A stretch of DNA of 64,000 nt from the IMG/VR virus record IMGVR_UViG_3300022602_000028; one strand, given 5' to 3'. Origin of the DNA: a virus. Below are positions 46,049 to 55,657 of the stretch, piece after piece (the stretch's first letter is position 1; each line of letters starts with the position of its first letter). The position numbers and the translations under genes are program-made. The notes under the pieces are model-generated. The model was not told the DNA's origin, ran no database searches, and saw only the letters and a list, made by a program, of their open reading frames with translations.

Positions 46049-46333
46049 ATGTCAAGACCTAAGCCAAAAGTTTTATTAGAATACACAAACAAGAAAACTT
46101 ATAAATCTGAACAGATTTTAGAAGCAGAAGCCATTTGGGCTGTATTTTATAAAAATGAACCGTTTAATCTTAAAAGTTTTAATAGTCTAGTCAATTATCC
46201 TGGTCCTAAGTATAAAAAAGTATCTTTTAGTAACCCAGGCCACGCACGTAATTTAGCCAAAAAATTAAACTTAACATTTGGCTGTGAAGATTTTCAAGTA
46301 GTTATGCTGACTACTGGCACTATAGTAAAATGA
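46049..46333 (+). CDS. Hypothetical protein
   Basis: MSRPKPKVLLE...PGPKYKKVSFSNPGHA. Confidence 0.75.
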   Translation: MSRPKPKVLLEYTNKKTYKSEQILEAEAIWAVFYKNEPFNLKSFNSLVNYPGPKYKKVSFSNPGHARNLAKKLNLTFGCEDFQVVMLTTGTIVK

Positions 46334-46737
46334 TTAATCGAAATGCATTAACCAAAATATTTCTGGAGCAATGGGGTAAAAGCACAGACGAGGCTAATGT
46401 AAAATTATTTGGTCGTAAATGGTGGCAAAGTAATCGAGTTGGTAAAGAAAATGCATTTCGATTAACTGAAGAAGGTTACGAATTTTTGGTAAGAGATTTG
46501 GAATTAAAAGAATACGAAATTCCGTTTACAGAACCAATTGAACTAAGTCCTCAAACAATCGTATTTTTGGAAAGATACATCGATTGTCCGTATTATCTTA
46601 CACCAATGTCAATTACTGTGTTCGCTGAAAAGAAAGGATTTGAACTGATGTTGTTTTCCGACGACATCAGAAAATTTGGCTTAATTAAAGCCATGAATGA
46701 GCGAGAAAAAGAACTAGCTAGCCAAAATAATAGTTGA
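46330..46737 (+). CDS. Hypothetical protein
   Basis: 135-aa ATGA-coupled ORF. Confidence 0.7.
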   Translation: MINRNALTKIFLEQWGKSTDEANVKLFGRKWWQSNRVGKENAFRLTEEGYEFLVRDLELKEYEIPFTEPIELSPQTIVFLERYIDCPYYLTPMSITVFAEKKGFELMLFSDDIRKFGLIKAMNEREKELASQNNS

Positions 46738-46762
46738 CTTAGTTACGGTACTATTGTATAAT
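46734..46762 (+). promoter_or_regulatory. Sigma70-type promoter
   Basis: TTGACT(46734)-N17-TATAAT(46757). Confidence 0.8.
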
Positions 46763-46818
46763 AGATACATAGAGCGTTAATTCAACAACACTTTTTTTAA
46801 ACTAAGATAGGAAAAGAA

Positions 46819-47910
46819 ATGGCATCAGATCTAGCTACTCGCACCGTTGGCCCCCAAGGTGCAAAAAAATCTCTGCGTAAAGCATTTAAAAACAAGCGTC
46901 CAATTTTCCTATGGGGTCCTCCCGGAATTGGCAAATCCGATATTATTAAACAGCTCGGTACTGAGCTCGATGCTCATGTTATCGATGTTCGGTTGAGCCT
47001 TTGGGAACCTACTGATATTAAAGGTATTCCATATTTTGACTCTAACGATAACACTATGCGTTGGGCACCTCCTAGCGAATTGCCAACACAAGAAATGGCA
47101 AGTAAGCACAAGAACATTATTTTGTTCTTGGATGAAATGAACAGTGCGGCACCTAGTGTACAAGCGGCGGCTTATCAATTAGTTTTGAATCGTCGTGTAG
47201 GTACCTATCACTTGCCAGACAATGTTATGTTGGTTGCGGCAGGTAATCGTGAAACTGACAAAGGTGTAACATTCCGTATGCCGGCTCCGTTGGCTAATCG
47301 TTTTGTTCACTTGGAAATGACTGTAGATTGGGATGACTACTTTGATTGGGCTGTTGACAACAAGATTCATCAAGATGTTGTGGGCTTTTTGACTTTCTCT
47401 AAGAAAGATTTGTATGATTTCGATCCTAAGTCTAGTTCGCGTGCCTTTGCTACTCCACGTAGCTGGAGTTTTGTAAGCGAATTACTTACAGACGATGACT
47501 GCGATAACGACACACTAACAGACTTAGTGTCCGGTTCAGTCGGTGAAGGTTTGGCTGTTAAGTTTATGGCGCACCGCAAACATGCTAGCAAAATGCCTAA
47601 TCCTACAGACATTTTGAGTGGCAAAGTTAAGAAAATGGATTCAAAAGAGATTTCAGCAATGTACTCTTTGACTGTATCTTTGTGCTATGAATTGAAAGAT
47701 TCTTGCGAGAAGAAAGCTAAAAACTGGAACGATCAAGTCAATAACTTCTTCCAATTTATTATGGATAATTTTGAAACAGAATTGGTTATTATGGGTACTA
47801 AACTAGCATTGTCAACTTACAAGTTGCCGTTAGATCCAGACGAAATCAAATGTTTTGATGATTTCCATGCCAAATTTGGAAAGTACATTAGCCAAGCTAC
47901 AGAAAAATAA
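46819..47910 (+). CDS. MoxR-like AAA+ ATPase
   Basis: GPPGIGKS, LDEMN, AAGN, PLANRF, ATPRSW. Confidence 0.85.
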   Translation: MASDLATRTVGPQGAKKSLRKAFKNKRPIFLWGPPGIGKSDIIKQLGTELDAHVIDVRLSLWEPTDIKGIPYFDSNDNTMRWAPPSELPTQEMASKHKNIILFLDEMNSAAPSVQAAAYQLVLNRRVGTYHLPDNVMLVAAGNRETDKGVTFRMPAPLANRFVHLEMTVDWDDYFDWAVDNKIHQDVVGFLTFSKKDLYDFDPKSSSRAFATPRSWSFVSELLTDDDCDNDTLTDLVSGSVGEGLAVKFMAHRKHASKMPNPTDILSGKVKKMDSKEISAMYSLTVSLCYELKDSCEKKAKNWNDQVNNFFQFIMDNFETELVIMGTKLALSTYKLPLDPDEIKCFDDFHAKFGKYISQATEK

Positions 47911-47926
47911 TTTGGTTTAGCACTAT

Positions 47927-47955
47927 TTGACACCTCCTTCGGGAGGTGTTATACT
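47927..47955 (+). promoter_or_regulatory. Sigma70-type promoter with a hairpin as spacer
   Basis: TTGACA(47927)-N17-TATACT(47950). Confidence 0.8.
47930..47949. terminator. cUUCGg tetraloop hairpin
   Basis: ACACCTCC-TTCG-GGAGGTGT, followed by TATACT (weak U tract). Confidence 0.6.
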
Positions 47956-47984
47956 ATATACATAGTAACAATTCAGGAGCATAA

Positions 47985-49169
47985 ATGTCACACGCAGATC
48001 CAGTTATAGACAAAATTATTGTAGCCCGTGTGGGTCTACTACTTCGTCATCCGTTTTTTGGTAATATGGCTACACGCTTAAAAATACAAGAAGCTAGCGA
48101 TTGGTTACCTACTGCGGCTACAGACGGCCGTACTATTTTCTTTAACCGTAAATTTTTCGATCCACTAACAGTTAAACAAGTCGAGTTTGTTATTGCACAT
48201 GAAATTCTGCATAATGTATTCGATCATATGGGTCGGCGAGAAGGACGTAATCCGCGCATTTTTAACATTGCCGCTGATTATTGTGTAAACGGACAATTAG
48301 TCCGTGACCGTATCGGCGATCATCAAATTCCTGATATTAAAATTTTCCATGATCCTAAATATTATGGCATGGGCGCAGAAGAAGTCTACGACAAAATTTT
48401 TGATGAAATGGACGAAGATGAACTCAATGCACTTGGACAATTATTGGACGAGCACATTGACTGGGGAGAAGATGGCAAAAATGGTCAGCCAAAGTACACT
48501 AAAGAAGAATTAAAACAGATTCGTGACGAGATTCGTGAAGCTACAATTCAAGCCGCAAATGCCGCAGGTGCTGGTAACACTCCTGCTAGTGTACAACGCA
48601 TGATTAAAGAATTTACAGAGCCTAAAATGAATTGGCGTGAAATTTTACGTCAACAAATCCAAAGCACTATTAAAAACGATTATTCATTCATGCGTCCTAA
48701 TCGTAAGGGTTGGCATATGAACGCAATTCTACCAGGCACTCAATTTCAAGAAACAATTGATATCTGTGTAGCTATTGACATGTCAGGTTCTATTGGTGAT
48801 GAACAAGCCAAAGACTTCTTAAGTGAAATTAAGGGCATTATGCAAGAATATCAAGACTTTAAAATTAAAGTTTGGTGTTTTGATACTCGAGTGTATAACG
48901 AAGCAGACTTTGACGGTTACAATATTGATGAGTTTGATAGCTATGAACCAATGGGCGGTGGTGGAACTGATTTTGATGCTAACTGGGAATACATGAAAGA
49001 AAATGATATTCAGCCTAAGAAGTTTATCATGTTCACCGACGGATATCCGTTTGGTTCATGGGGTGATGAATTATATTGCGATACAGTATTCATCATACAC
49101 GGCAATGATAAGATTGTTCCTCCATTCGGGGAATTTGCTTATTACGAACAAGTTAAAGAAGTAGCATGA
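47985..49169 (+). CDS. HExxH metallopeptidase-like plus vWA domain protein (DUF2201-like)
   Basis: AHEILH; MIDAS DMSGS...GGGTDF...FTDG. Confidence 0.85.
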   Translation: MSHADPVIDKIIVARVGLLLRHPFFGNMATRLKIQEASDWLPTAATDGRTIFFNRKFFDPLTVKQVEFVIAHEILHNVFDHMGRREGRNPRIFNIAADYCVNGQLVRDRIGDHQIPDIKIFHDPKYYGMGAEEVYDKIFDEMDEDELNALGQLLDEHIDWGEDGKNGQPKYTKEELKQIRDEIREATIQAANAAGAGNTPASVQRMIKEFTEPKMNWREILRQQIQSTIKNDYSFMRPNRKGWHMNAILPGTQFQETIDICVAIDMSGSIGDEQAKDFLSEIKGIMQEYQDFKIKVWCFDTRVYNEADFDGYNIDEFDSYEPMGGGGTDFDANWEYMKENDIQPKKFIMFTDGYPFGSWGDELYCDTVFIIHGNDKIVPPFGEFAYYEQVKEVA

Positions 49170-49444
49170 CATTAAAAGCGGGCAAAGCTAATCCTTTAAA
49201 TTACTTTAATTTACGGAGGGTTGACTTTGCCTGCCCTCATTTTAAGTATACAACTATAAACAAATATAATCCTACTCTAATCAAATCTTTAGATGCTTGG
49301 ATTAGCAAAAACTTAAATAATCGGTATTACATAGGACAAGGCATAGGTTTAGATAATTCCAATACTATTGTGTATAATACACGTATTGGTTTTGAATCAG
49401 AAAAAGAGTTAAGTTTTTTCACGATTGCTTGTCCTATTTTGTAA
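49166..49444 (+). CDS. Hypothetical protein
   Basis: 92-aa coupled ORF. Confidence 0.65.
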   Translation: MTLKAGKANPLNYFNLRRVDFACPHFKYTTINKYNPTLIKSLDAWISKNLNNRYYIGQGIGLDNSNTIVYNTRIGFESEKELSFFTIACPIL

Positions 49445-49483
49445 ACAAGATAATTATATTAGTACTTTTCAAAGGAGATACAT

Positions 49484-49723
49484 ATGACTGATACTGTACA
49501 AGAACCAACACAAGAACAACCAGCTAATACTGCACAACAAGATCAAAATAACGATTTAACAATTAACGATTTGGCTGCAATGAAAAACATTATTGATATT
49601 GCTAGCACACGCGGTGCATTTAAACCAAATGAAATGGTAGCAGTTGGTACGATTTATAACAAACTATCTGCTTTTTTAGATCAGGTTCAAAAACAAGCTG
49701 AAGCACAAAAAGCTCAAGGATAA
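49484..49723 (+). CDS. Hypothetical protein
   Basis: AAGGAG RBS; LTINDL...IIDIASTRGAF. Confidence 0.7.
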   Translation: MTDTVQEPTQEQPANTAQQDQNNDLTINDLAAMKNIIDIASTRGAFKPNEMVAVGTIYNKLSAFLDQVQKQAEAQKAQG

Positions 49724-49727
49724 TATT

Positions 49728-50342
49728 ATGGCCGAACTCAAACATGTAGGCAGAGTTATATCTACAAAGAAAAAATGTATTGTAGTATATCGTACTTTGC
49801 CAGGCGATGCACATAGTTGCCTAATTGTACCAACTGAAAATTTACCAGATAGCTATCACGATAGTTTAATCAATTTAGTAGAAAGTAATGCTGGGCAAAG
49901 TTCCTACGAGTTTGCCGAAGTAATGGCACGTAGTAATTTTTCCGATGGCAGTATTATGCTAGCGGCATTACATGCTCAAGGTCGTTTAGTTAAGCTAGGT
50001 ACTAGCGAAGTAGAAATGACTCCTACTACATCAGGTAGTATTGTGTTGTCAGAATTAAATCAAATTATTGCTGAACAACGCGGTGTTGCAGTTGACGATT
50101 TATCACTTAAATCAAATTCTGCAGAACCTACTGCATCTAAAACTGTAGAAGCTCCAGTCGTAGAAGAAAAAATTGATACTACGCCCACTATAAGTGCTAA
50201 TGTAACGCTTACACCAGAAGAACAAGCTAAACAATTTAGAAGTGATGCTGATCGTTTAAGCAAACAAGCGGCTGAATTAAGACGTCAAGCAGAAGCATTA
50301 GTACCTACAGCAAAGAAGACCAAGGTAACTGACGCATCGTGA
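49728..50342 (+). CDS. Hypothetical protein with C-terminal coiled coil
   Basis: 204-aa ORF. Confidence 0.7.
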   Translation: MAELKHVGRVISTKKKCIVVYRTLPGDAHSCLIVPTENLPDSYHDSLINLVESNAGQSSYEFAEVMARSNFSDGSIMLAALHAQGRLVKLGTSEVEMTPTTSGSIVLSELNQIIAEQRGVAVDDLSLKSNSAEPTASKTVEAPVVEEKIDTTPTISANVTLTPEEQAKQFRSDADRLSKQAAELRRQAEALVPTAKKTKVTDAS

Positions 50343-50659
50343 CATCATCGGGAAAAGTACTTCCCAAGGATGTCATAGCAAATTGGCCGGAAGTGTTTGG
50401 CGATATCAAACTAAATGTACTACCTCTTGGGTATGTACATGCAGTTATGATTAATTTTAAAAATGGCAAAACTTGGGAAATTAAAATAACTAATCAAGTT
50501 AAACGAGAAGGATGGACTGCCTTTGAAAAGAATCTATCCGAAATGGTTAAACGCTACGAAAGTGAAATAATCGATGTCGATTTTAAACTAGACACTATTA
50601 GGGTTAAAAAAGACATCGAGCGTAGCACTCAAAAATTCCTTAAGAAAAAGAAGTTATAA
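50339..50659 (+). CDS. Hypothetical protein
   Basis: GTGA-coupled 106-aa ORF. Confidence 0.65.
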   Translation: MTSSGKVLPKDVIANWPEVFGDIKLNVLPLGYVHAVMINFKNGKTWEIKITNQVKREGWTAFEKNLSEMVKRYESEIIDVDFKLDTIRVKKDIERSTQKFLKKKKL

Positions 50660-51340
50660 ATGAATGTTAAATTGCTTAGTTACAGCCAGCCAACTGAAGA
50701 ATTCGCTAGCATGGGAATCTCGGATGCACAAGAACTCATTGCCTACTGTGCAAGAGTCAGTAACCCGAGCAATCAGCTTAATACAGAAACCTCAGAAAAA
50801 CTCATACGATATCTTATTAAGCACCAACATTGGAGTCCTCTCGAAATGGTGTCCGCCTGCATCGAGATTACTACTACAAGAGATATCGCAAGACAAATCC
50901 TTAGACATCGAAGCTTCAGCTTTCAAGAGTTCAGCCAACGTTATGCTGACCCAACAAAGGATCTCAACTTTGTACTTAGAGATGCTCGCAAGCAAGATAC
51001 CAAAAATAGACAAAACAGTATAGAGCTTGATATTCATAATAACGACGAAGATCGTTTTCTTGCTTATCAATGGGAACGTATGCAAGAGTTAGTTATTAAA
51101 CAAAGCCGTGATGCATACGAATGGGCTGTTAGTAAAGGTATTGCCAAAGAACAAGCTCGTGCTGTACTGCCAGAAGGACTTATTGAAAGTCGTTTGTATA
51201 TGAATGGCACACTACGCAGTTGGATTCATTTTATTGAATTGCGTAGTTCAAACGGTACACAAAAAGAGCATCAAGAAGTTGCTATCGCTTGTGCCGAAGT
51301 TATAGCTAAGATCTTCCCAATGACTACAGATCTTATTTAA
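50660..51340 (+). CDS. thyX: FAD-dependent thymidylate synthase
   Basis: RHRSFSFQEFSQRY signature; HWSPLE; EQARAVLP. Confidence 0.95.
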   Translation: MNVKLLSYSQPTEEFASMGISDAQELIAYCARVSNPSNQLNTETSEKLIRYLIKHQHWSPLEMVSACIEITTTRDIARQILRHRSFSFQEFSQRYADPTKDLNFVLRDARKQDTKNRQNSIELDIHNNDEDRFLAYQWERMQELVIKQSRDAYEWAVSKGIAKEQARAVLPEGLIESRLYMNGTLRSWIHFIELRSSNGTQKEHQEVAIACAEVIAKIFPMTTDLI

Positions 51341-52046
51341 AAGTCTCCGGAGGAAACAGTTCAATATGCACTTTGAACTGTTCTTCTAACCAATCCCAAT
51401 CATTAATTTTTGCAAGTGCTTCAGGGTCATCTTTATATGTTGTTCCGTACCATTCGCCTGCACTTGCACCGCCTCTAGAATATTCAGAAAACTTTTCTCG
51501 GCTGTTATTAAATCTCCAAGTATCTAGTCGATGGTTTGTTTCGTCATCAATTTGACCGTGAATTGCTTTGCTGGCCAATTTGGCACATTCTCTAAAACTA
51601 CTACGCCAGGTACTTAACGGATCAGTATTGAATACTGTTATGTTACTAACTTTTTCCATTACTTTAAATCTAGGACTAATACTAGTAGTCATATCTGGAC
51701 TGTCAATATCCATATTTAAAGTTAATTTTGTAGGAAGAAGTTTAATTCCACCGTAACCGTATTCTAATCCATTAATAGGATTGACACTACGCCAAACGTG
51801 TACAATATCCTCTTCGCTAGGATCTAATTTTATATCAAATTTAAAAGATGGCAATATAAATGCATCAGCATCAACAACATAAAACATATTAGTGGTTGAT
51901 CTTTTAGCGGCTTCTACGTGAGCTCGATGAATTCCTTTTACATTTTGTACTCTAAAAATTTTATTGTAGGGAGCTTTTTCTAATAAATTTATATAGTTTG
52001 TCGTAGAGTCGGATTCTTGATAACTTATAAATGCGATATCATACAT
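51333..52046 (-). CDS. GT-A-like glycosyltransferase family protein
   Basis: FISYQE, VKGIHRAH, VVDADA (DxD), YGYGGIKL, WRSSFRECAKL. Confidence 0.6.
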   Translation of the reverse strand: MYDIAFISYQESDSTTNYINLLEKAPYNKIFRVQNVKGIHRAHVEAAKRSTTNMFYVVDADAFILPSFKFDIKLDPSEEDIVHVWRSVNPINGLEYGYGGIKLLPTKLTLNMDIDSPDMTTSISPRFKVMEKVSNITVFNTDPLSTWRSSFRECAKLASKAIHGQIDDETNHRLDTWRFNNSREKFSEYSRGGASAGEWYGTTYKDDPEALAKINDWDWLEEQFKVHIELFPPETFK

Positions 52047-52938
52047 TATGTTTTTTCCTTACAATTCTTGGACTATTATTAAAAACCCTTTTGAAAAACT
52101 TACTAGAATCTTTGCATGGTTCAAACAATTCTAAACCACATTCATCTCTAAGTGTATAACCTAATCCAGAGATTTCGTGAGGTAGCATTTCATCAGTAAC
52201 TTTACTATATCTAGTTTCCCATTGTTCAGTTAACCAATCAAAATCACGAACATTAGCGTAATCCCAATCTGTACAATTAGTCAGATATGCTCCTTCTCTT
52301 GCGCCATATACACTCCATAACCCATTAGTAACATCAGCGCCTACGTTACACCACACTAGCAATCTATCATAATTTTGCCACCAAATTGTTTTAAGATCTG
52401 CTACCTTAGCACCTTGATTCAAAGACATTTTTACGCCTTCTCTGAAGCCGGCTCGCCATGCTTGGAATGGACTGGCATTGGTAAAACTTTCTGAATAGTT
52501 TTCATTAAATTGGTAATATTTTTCATCAAAACAAAATTCAACTAGACCTTTTGTATCGTTAGGATCCGAATTTTCATGTGTACGCATGTTGTTTACAAAC
52601 TCTGGAGTCCACATTTTAAGTCCGCCGTTACCGTACATAAGATGATTAACATGAACTTTACCGCACCAACTAAACACATAATCTTTAGTTAATCCTAATT
52701 CATCTAAATCAATTTCAACTTCTAAGAATGAAGGATCAATTATATTATCACCATCAACTGTAACAAAATACTCAGTTTCGCATAATTTTGCACAGGCCTT
52801 ATGAGCGGCATCACTACCTTTAACTCCGTGTACACGTTTTGCCCAAGGTACTTTTTTTAGCAAATCTGCATAATTTTTTTCAGCATTAGGTTCATCGTAA
52901 CTTAAAAATATAATATCTTGATCTATAACTTTTATCAT
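52039..52938 (-). CDS. GT-A-like glycosyltransferase family protein (paralogue of 51333)
   Basis: FLSYDE, VKGSDAAH, VDGDN (DxD), YGNGGLK, WRAGFREGVKM. Confidence 0.6.
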   Translation of the reverse strand: MIKVIDQDIIFLSYDEPNAEKNYADLLKKVPWAKRVHGVKGSDAAHKACAKLCETEYFVTVDGDNIIDPSFLEVEIDLDELGLTKDYVFSWCGKVHVNHLMYGNGGLKMWTPEFVNNMRTHENSDPNDTKGLVEFCFDEKYYQFNENYSESFTNASPFQAWRAGFREGVKMSLNQGAKVADLKTIWWQNYDRLLVWCNVGADVTNGLWSVYGAREGAYLTNCTDWDYANVRDFDWLTEQWETRYSKVTDEMLPHEISGLGYTLRDECGLELFEPCKDSSKFFKRVFNNSPRIVRKKHNV

Positions 52939-53576
52939 TTTGTTTTAATTTTCCATACTTTTAATCCGTAGCTATCAAAAACAGTTTTTGAACTAACAGA
53001 TATTTTATTAATTTGAGATTCTAAATTTGTGTCAAACGGCACAATTACTTTATCCGCTATCAAAGATGTTAATTCAATATCTATAGTTCTAATTAAAAAA
53101 TCTAAATCATTTTTAAGTGTTATAAAAATTTTAATTACTCTTGTAGTTATTTTTTTATCATAAAATTTTTTTCTAGCAGAATCTGATATAATAAAGATCC
53201 ATTGTTTATTATACTCATCCCAATGAACAACTAGTTCTGTAGTTTTTGTAGGAGGATTAACAATCCATTCAAACATGTGATTTCTAAATGCCTGACCTTG
53301 GAATTCTTTTTGTACTAAATCCACTCCGTATTCATTGCCAGGATTTTTAGTTTTAACAACTGCCCAATCTTTAAATTGCTCCTCACCTGAAACCAATGCA
53401 TCGTACTGTTCGTAAGGAACTACTATACTATGATCATATTCAGGTCTGTGTTCGTTTGATGCCGCTAATAATTCCCCAGTTTCCAAATCAAAATATATTC
53501 TGTAAATTGGCTTAAATGAAATTCTTGCAATATTAGCTAAATCTTCGGGGCTTAATCCGTCATCAATTTCGTTCAT
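52935..53576 (-). CDS. Hypothetical protein
   Basis: 213-aa coupled ORF. Confidence 0.65.
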   Translation of the reverse strand: MNEIDDGLSPEDLANIARISFKPIYRIYFDLETGELLAASNEHRPEYDHSIVVPYEQYDALVSGEEQFKDWAVVKTKNPGNEYGVDLVQKEFQGQAFRNHMFEWIVNPPTKTTELVVHWDEYNKQWIFIISDSARKKFYDKKITTRVIKIFITLKNDLDFLIRTIDIELTSLIADKVIVPFDTNLESQINKISVSSKTVFDSYGLKVWKIKTK

Positions 53577-54408
53577 TTGCTAACTCCTCTAATTTAGATA
53601 ATATAGTATTATTGATAAAATTCTTTTCAACATAGTGAAACAAACTATTTTGTTGTATGTTTCCTATTATAATATTTCCTTTATCATTTAGTATACAAGG
53701 AACAGCAGTTTGCCAACTATCAGGAACAATGGGCCAACCTTGAATAGGAGTTTTCATATGGGTGAATTGCATTGGGTTATGCAGACTAACTATGCTATCT
53801 TCCATCCCTGAAATCTTAATTGCAATTGCCGTAGAAACATCCATACTTAACCAATTTTGATATTCAGTAGGACTAAATTTTCCGTAGCATGCTTCCCAAT
53901 TATTAACTACAAATTCGAGAACTTTATAAAATTCTCTCGCTTGATCGGATTTTTTAAAATAATGTAATGCATAATATACATTAGGCAAATGATTTGCAAT
54001 AAATGTTTTACGATGTACAGTATCTACTACTGTTTCTAATTTATAATTTGTAATGCGATTACAAAAATGCACATCGTAATTTTTACAATAATCCCACCAA
54101 CTACTAATGTCTTCTGTCAGTAGCATATCGCTATCTAATACAATCGTCTCGTCGTAAGGGGTAGCATTATATAATTGATATCTGTGTTCGGCTTGTAACG
54201 GACTATTTTCCACTATTTTAAAATAAGGAATCGGAATAATTTTATCAAATATATCACGATATTTTTTAGGAACTTTTGAATTAGTAACTAAGGATACATT
54301 GTTAATGCTATTCTGACTAATTTTAATACTGAGAGCAAGCGCATACGCCTGTTTAACATAATCGATAGAATCAGTATTTTGTGCAAATAATAAAAATCCT
54401 TTAGACAC
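53563..54408 (-). CDS. GT-A nucleotide-diphospho-sugar transferase (GT8-like)
   Basis: KGFLLFA, ALSIK, TPYDETIVLDSDM (DxD), FTHMK; GTG start. Confidence 0.65.
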   Translation of the reverse strand: MSKGFLLFAQNTDSIDYVKQAYALALSIKISQNSINNVSLVTNSKVPKKYRDIFDKIIPIPYFKIVENSPLQAEHRYQLYNATPYDETIVLDSDMLLTEDISSWWDYCKNYDVHFCNRITNYKLETVVDTVHRKTFIANHLPNVYYALHYFKKSDQAREFYKVLEFVVNNWEACYGKFSPTEYQNWLSMDVSTAIAIKISGMEDSIVSLHNPMQFTHMKTPIQGWPIVPDSWQTAVPCILNDKGNIIIGNIQQNSLFHYVEKNFINNTILSKLEELANERN

Positions 54409-55249
54409 CTGAACCTCCGTCTATGTATCGGCTAAGGCTCAATTTATTCATTACATGAATATCAAGTCCTTGTGTTTTTGCTAAAGTATATTCACCCAAG
54501 TAATCCTTTTTTTCTACTAAAAATTTCATTGTAGTGTCTTCAGCGGAGATAAGAATATCTGTATCTTTTGCATAAATCATTTTTCCGGGTAATTCTTTGG
54601 CAAAATCTCCAGATTTTTTTCCATTCATAATATGTATAGCTATACTAAAAGCTATATCATTTCTAAACATAGGACTAGTTACACAATAAAGTGTTCTAAA
54701 ATATTCCCAGTTATCTTTTATATGACTTAGTACCGCAAAGAACGAAGCCGTTATATTACCTTTATTGAATACAAATGCAGTAGCCCAAAAGAAAGGTATA
54801 CTATAAGGATTTATACGTTTAAATTCTGATGAATCTCTCCATTCTGCAATATCCATACTTTGCGAATAAATTTGCAAAGGATAATCTTCCTGTAATGCTA
54901 ATTTTAATACAGAAGAATTTATAATATAATCAACATCTAGCACTAGAGTTGTATCATAAGGTGTTAAATCGTATACTAGATATCTTGATAAATTTTTCCA
55001 TTCAAGAATTTTACTCGATAACGATCCGTCATTAAATCTACGCTGGAAATAATTTCCATCTGCTGGTATGTCTATTATTTGATCAAACGGATGATCAGGA
55101 TATTGTGATTCTAAATACCCCCGGCTGTCAGTCATAATGCTGACCGGAATATCTAAGAATTTTTTAATCCGTTTAGCTGAAAATACAGACAATTTAACAT
55201 AGTCAATTGTAGAATTATTTTGAGCAACAAGAACTGCACCTTGTGTCAT
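54401..55249 (-). CDS. GT-A nucleotide-diphospho-sugar transferase (paralogue of 53563)
   Basis: QGAVLVA, TPYDTTLVLDVDY (DxD), FWATAF, RNDIAFSIA, HVMNK. Confidence 0.65.
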   Translation of the reverse strand: MTQGAVLVAQNNSTIDYVKLSVFSAKRIKKFLDIPVSIMTDSRGYLESQYPDHPFDQIIDIPADGNYFQRRFNDGSLSSKILEWKNLSRYLVYDLTPYDTTLVLDVDYIINSSVLKLALQEDYPLQIYSQSMDIAEWRDSSEFKRINPYSIPFFWATAFVFNKGNITASFFAVLSHIKDNWEYFRTLYCVTSPMFRNDIAFSIAIHIMNGKKSGDFAKELPGKMIYAKDTDILISAEDTTMKFLVEKKDYLGEYTLAKTQGLDIHVMNKLSLSRYIDGGSGV

Positions 55250-55596
55250 AACTCAACAATATCCTTAATTTTTCTTTTAACTCTAATATCGGCGTATTTT
55301 TCTAAATATTTTTGAGTAGCTGTAAAATACTGATTTGAAATATCGTTAAAAAACTGTTGTATGTCATCGATTAGTACAGGCACATTATTACTATCGATTA
55401 ATATCACATCAATTGTACGATTTATATCAATTAATGTTTTGACATAACAAATTAGTTCTGTGGTAATTTGAAAAGTACTACCGTTAATATAAAACACTAA
55501 CTCTTGTGTAAATTCTTCTTGTATTATTCGTTTTTGATTTGAAAGTGTAGCCATATAGTTGGCTGTTTCAAACGCTTTTTCAATTCTTTCGTCCAT
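55246..55596 (-). CDS. Hypothetical protein (possible tail-fibre assembly-associated)
   Basis: 116 aa, GGAG RBS, first gene under the promoter at 55645. Confidence 0.65.
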   Translation of the reverse strand: MDERIEKAFETANYMATLSNQKRIIQEEFTQELVFYINGSTFQITTELICYVKTLIDINRTIDVILIDSNNVPVLIDDIQQFFNDISNQYFTATQKYLEKYADIRVKRKIKDIVEL

Positions 55597-55616
55597 AGAT
55601 AAACTCCGTAGTGTAC

Positions 55617-55645
55617 ATAATACACTACAGTAATTAGCTTGTCAA
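55617..55645 (-). promoter_or_regulatory. Sigma70-type promoter
   Basis: On the minus strand TTGACA(55645-55640)-N17-TATTAT(55622-55617). Confidence 0.75.
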
Positions 55646-55657
55646 TGGGTTATGGTA

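Noticed and set aside
51333-51340. 8-bp convergent overlap of thyX and the GT gene with no terminator
   Set aside because: Common in compact phage genomes; no further signal
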